DNA from: an uncultured Bacteroidota bacterium
GTDB lineage: Bacteria > Bacteroidota > Bacteroidia > Bacteroidales > WCHB1-69
NCBI GenBank assembly: GCA_902796805.1
Contig: CADBQG010000070.1
Span: 2,820 to 66,819, forward strand
DNA length: 64,000 nt
Direction: 5' to 3'
In this document: positions 63,882 through 64,000 of the stretch, piece by piece
How positions within the stretch are numbered: position 1 is the first letter of the stretch
Layout of the letters: each line of letters starts with the position of its first letter
Position numbers and translations under genes: made by a program
Notes under the pieces: generated by a model
Told to the model about the DNA's origin: nothing
The model's input: the letters and a program-made list of their open reading frames with translations, nothing else
Databases searched by the model: none

Positions 63882-64000
63882 ATGTTTAATTTACAAAACT
63901 TTATAAAATATCATGTTACCCATCGGCAGGAAAGTATATTTGCAGCTGATGTAGAGATGCACAAGGACGAACTGTCCCGAGAAATAGAAGGGAAATCTGT
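63882..64000 (+). CDS. 5' end of a probable polysaccharide-biosynthesis NAD-dependent epimerase/dehydratase (CapD-like); truncated by the window
   Basis: ATG 63882 opens MFNLQNFIKYHVTHRQESIFAADVEMHKDELSREIEGKS. This resembles from memory the N-termini of Bacteroides CapD-like proteins just before the GGAGSIG motif. Only 39 codons are visible. Confidence 0.35.
   Translation, partial: MFNLQNFIKYHVTHRQESIFAADVEMHKDELSREIEGKS

Noticed and set aside
1-64000. CRISPR arrays, rRNA genes, IS elements, prophage or conjugative genes.
   Set aside because: Reading both strands, I found no regularly spaced direct repeats, no rRNA-like sequence, and no transposase, integrase, capsid or relaxase-like ORFs.

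Overview
This is a 64-kb chromosomal segment from a Bacteroidota genome, most likely Bacteroidales. Supporting signs are the recurrent TAnnTTTG (mostly TATCTTTG) -7 promoter boxes, four genes with T9SS C-terminal sorting domains, the rpsU-xerC-hpf and nusA-infB neighbourhoods, and an AtpB with the phylum-typical N-terminal extension. I call about 52 protein genes, 2 tRNAs (Arg-ACG, Gln-UUG), one probable frameshifted gene remnant, 18 promoter boxes and 4 hairpin terminators. I saw no rRNA, CRISPR array, transposase, integrase-bounded island or prophage. Most of the content is housekeeping: mutA, rpsU, hpf, rlmN, ispE, recG, nadC, lpxK, polA, surE, infB, nusA, prfA. The clearest accessory element is an AT-rich three-gene restriction-modification cassette at 59.3-62.6 kb, between tRNA-Gln and prfA. 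It consists of an m5C methyltransferase, a 482-aa nuclease candidate with a C-terminal D-x14-E-S-K motif, and a beta-class amino-methyltransferase. Other items worth a second look: (1) a PorR/WbpE-like aminotransferase and WbpD-like acetyltransferase chained by coding overlaps to two T9SS cargo genes; (2) a 1677-aa mosaic T9SS type-B adhesin with an embedded P-domain, directly behind an HlpA-like glycosyltransferase; (3) an APH-type kinase fused to a RapZ C-terminal domain; (4) an isolated atpB; (5) a YD-repeat protein plus radical-SAM gene pair; (6) a gingipain-like C25 protease. I cannot demonstrate a truly novel system from sequence reading alone. All family assignments rest on motifs I could read and on memory of the families, not on searches.
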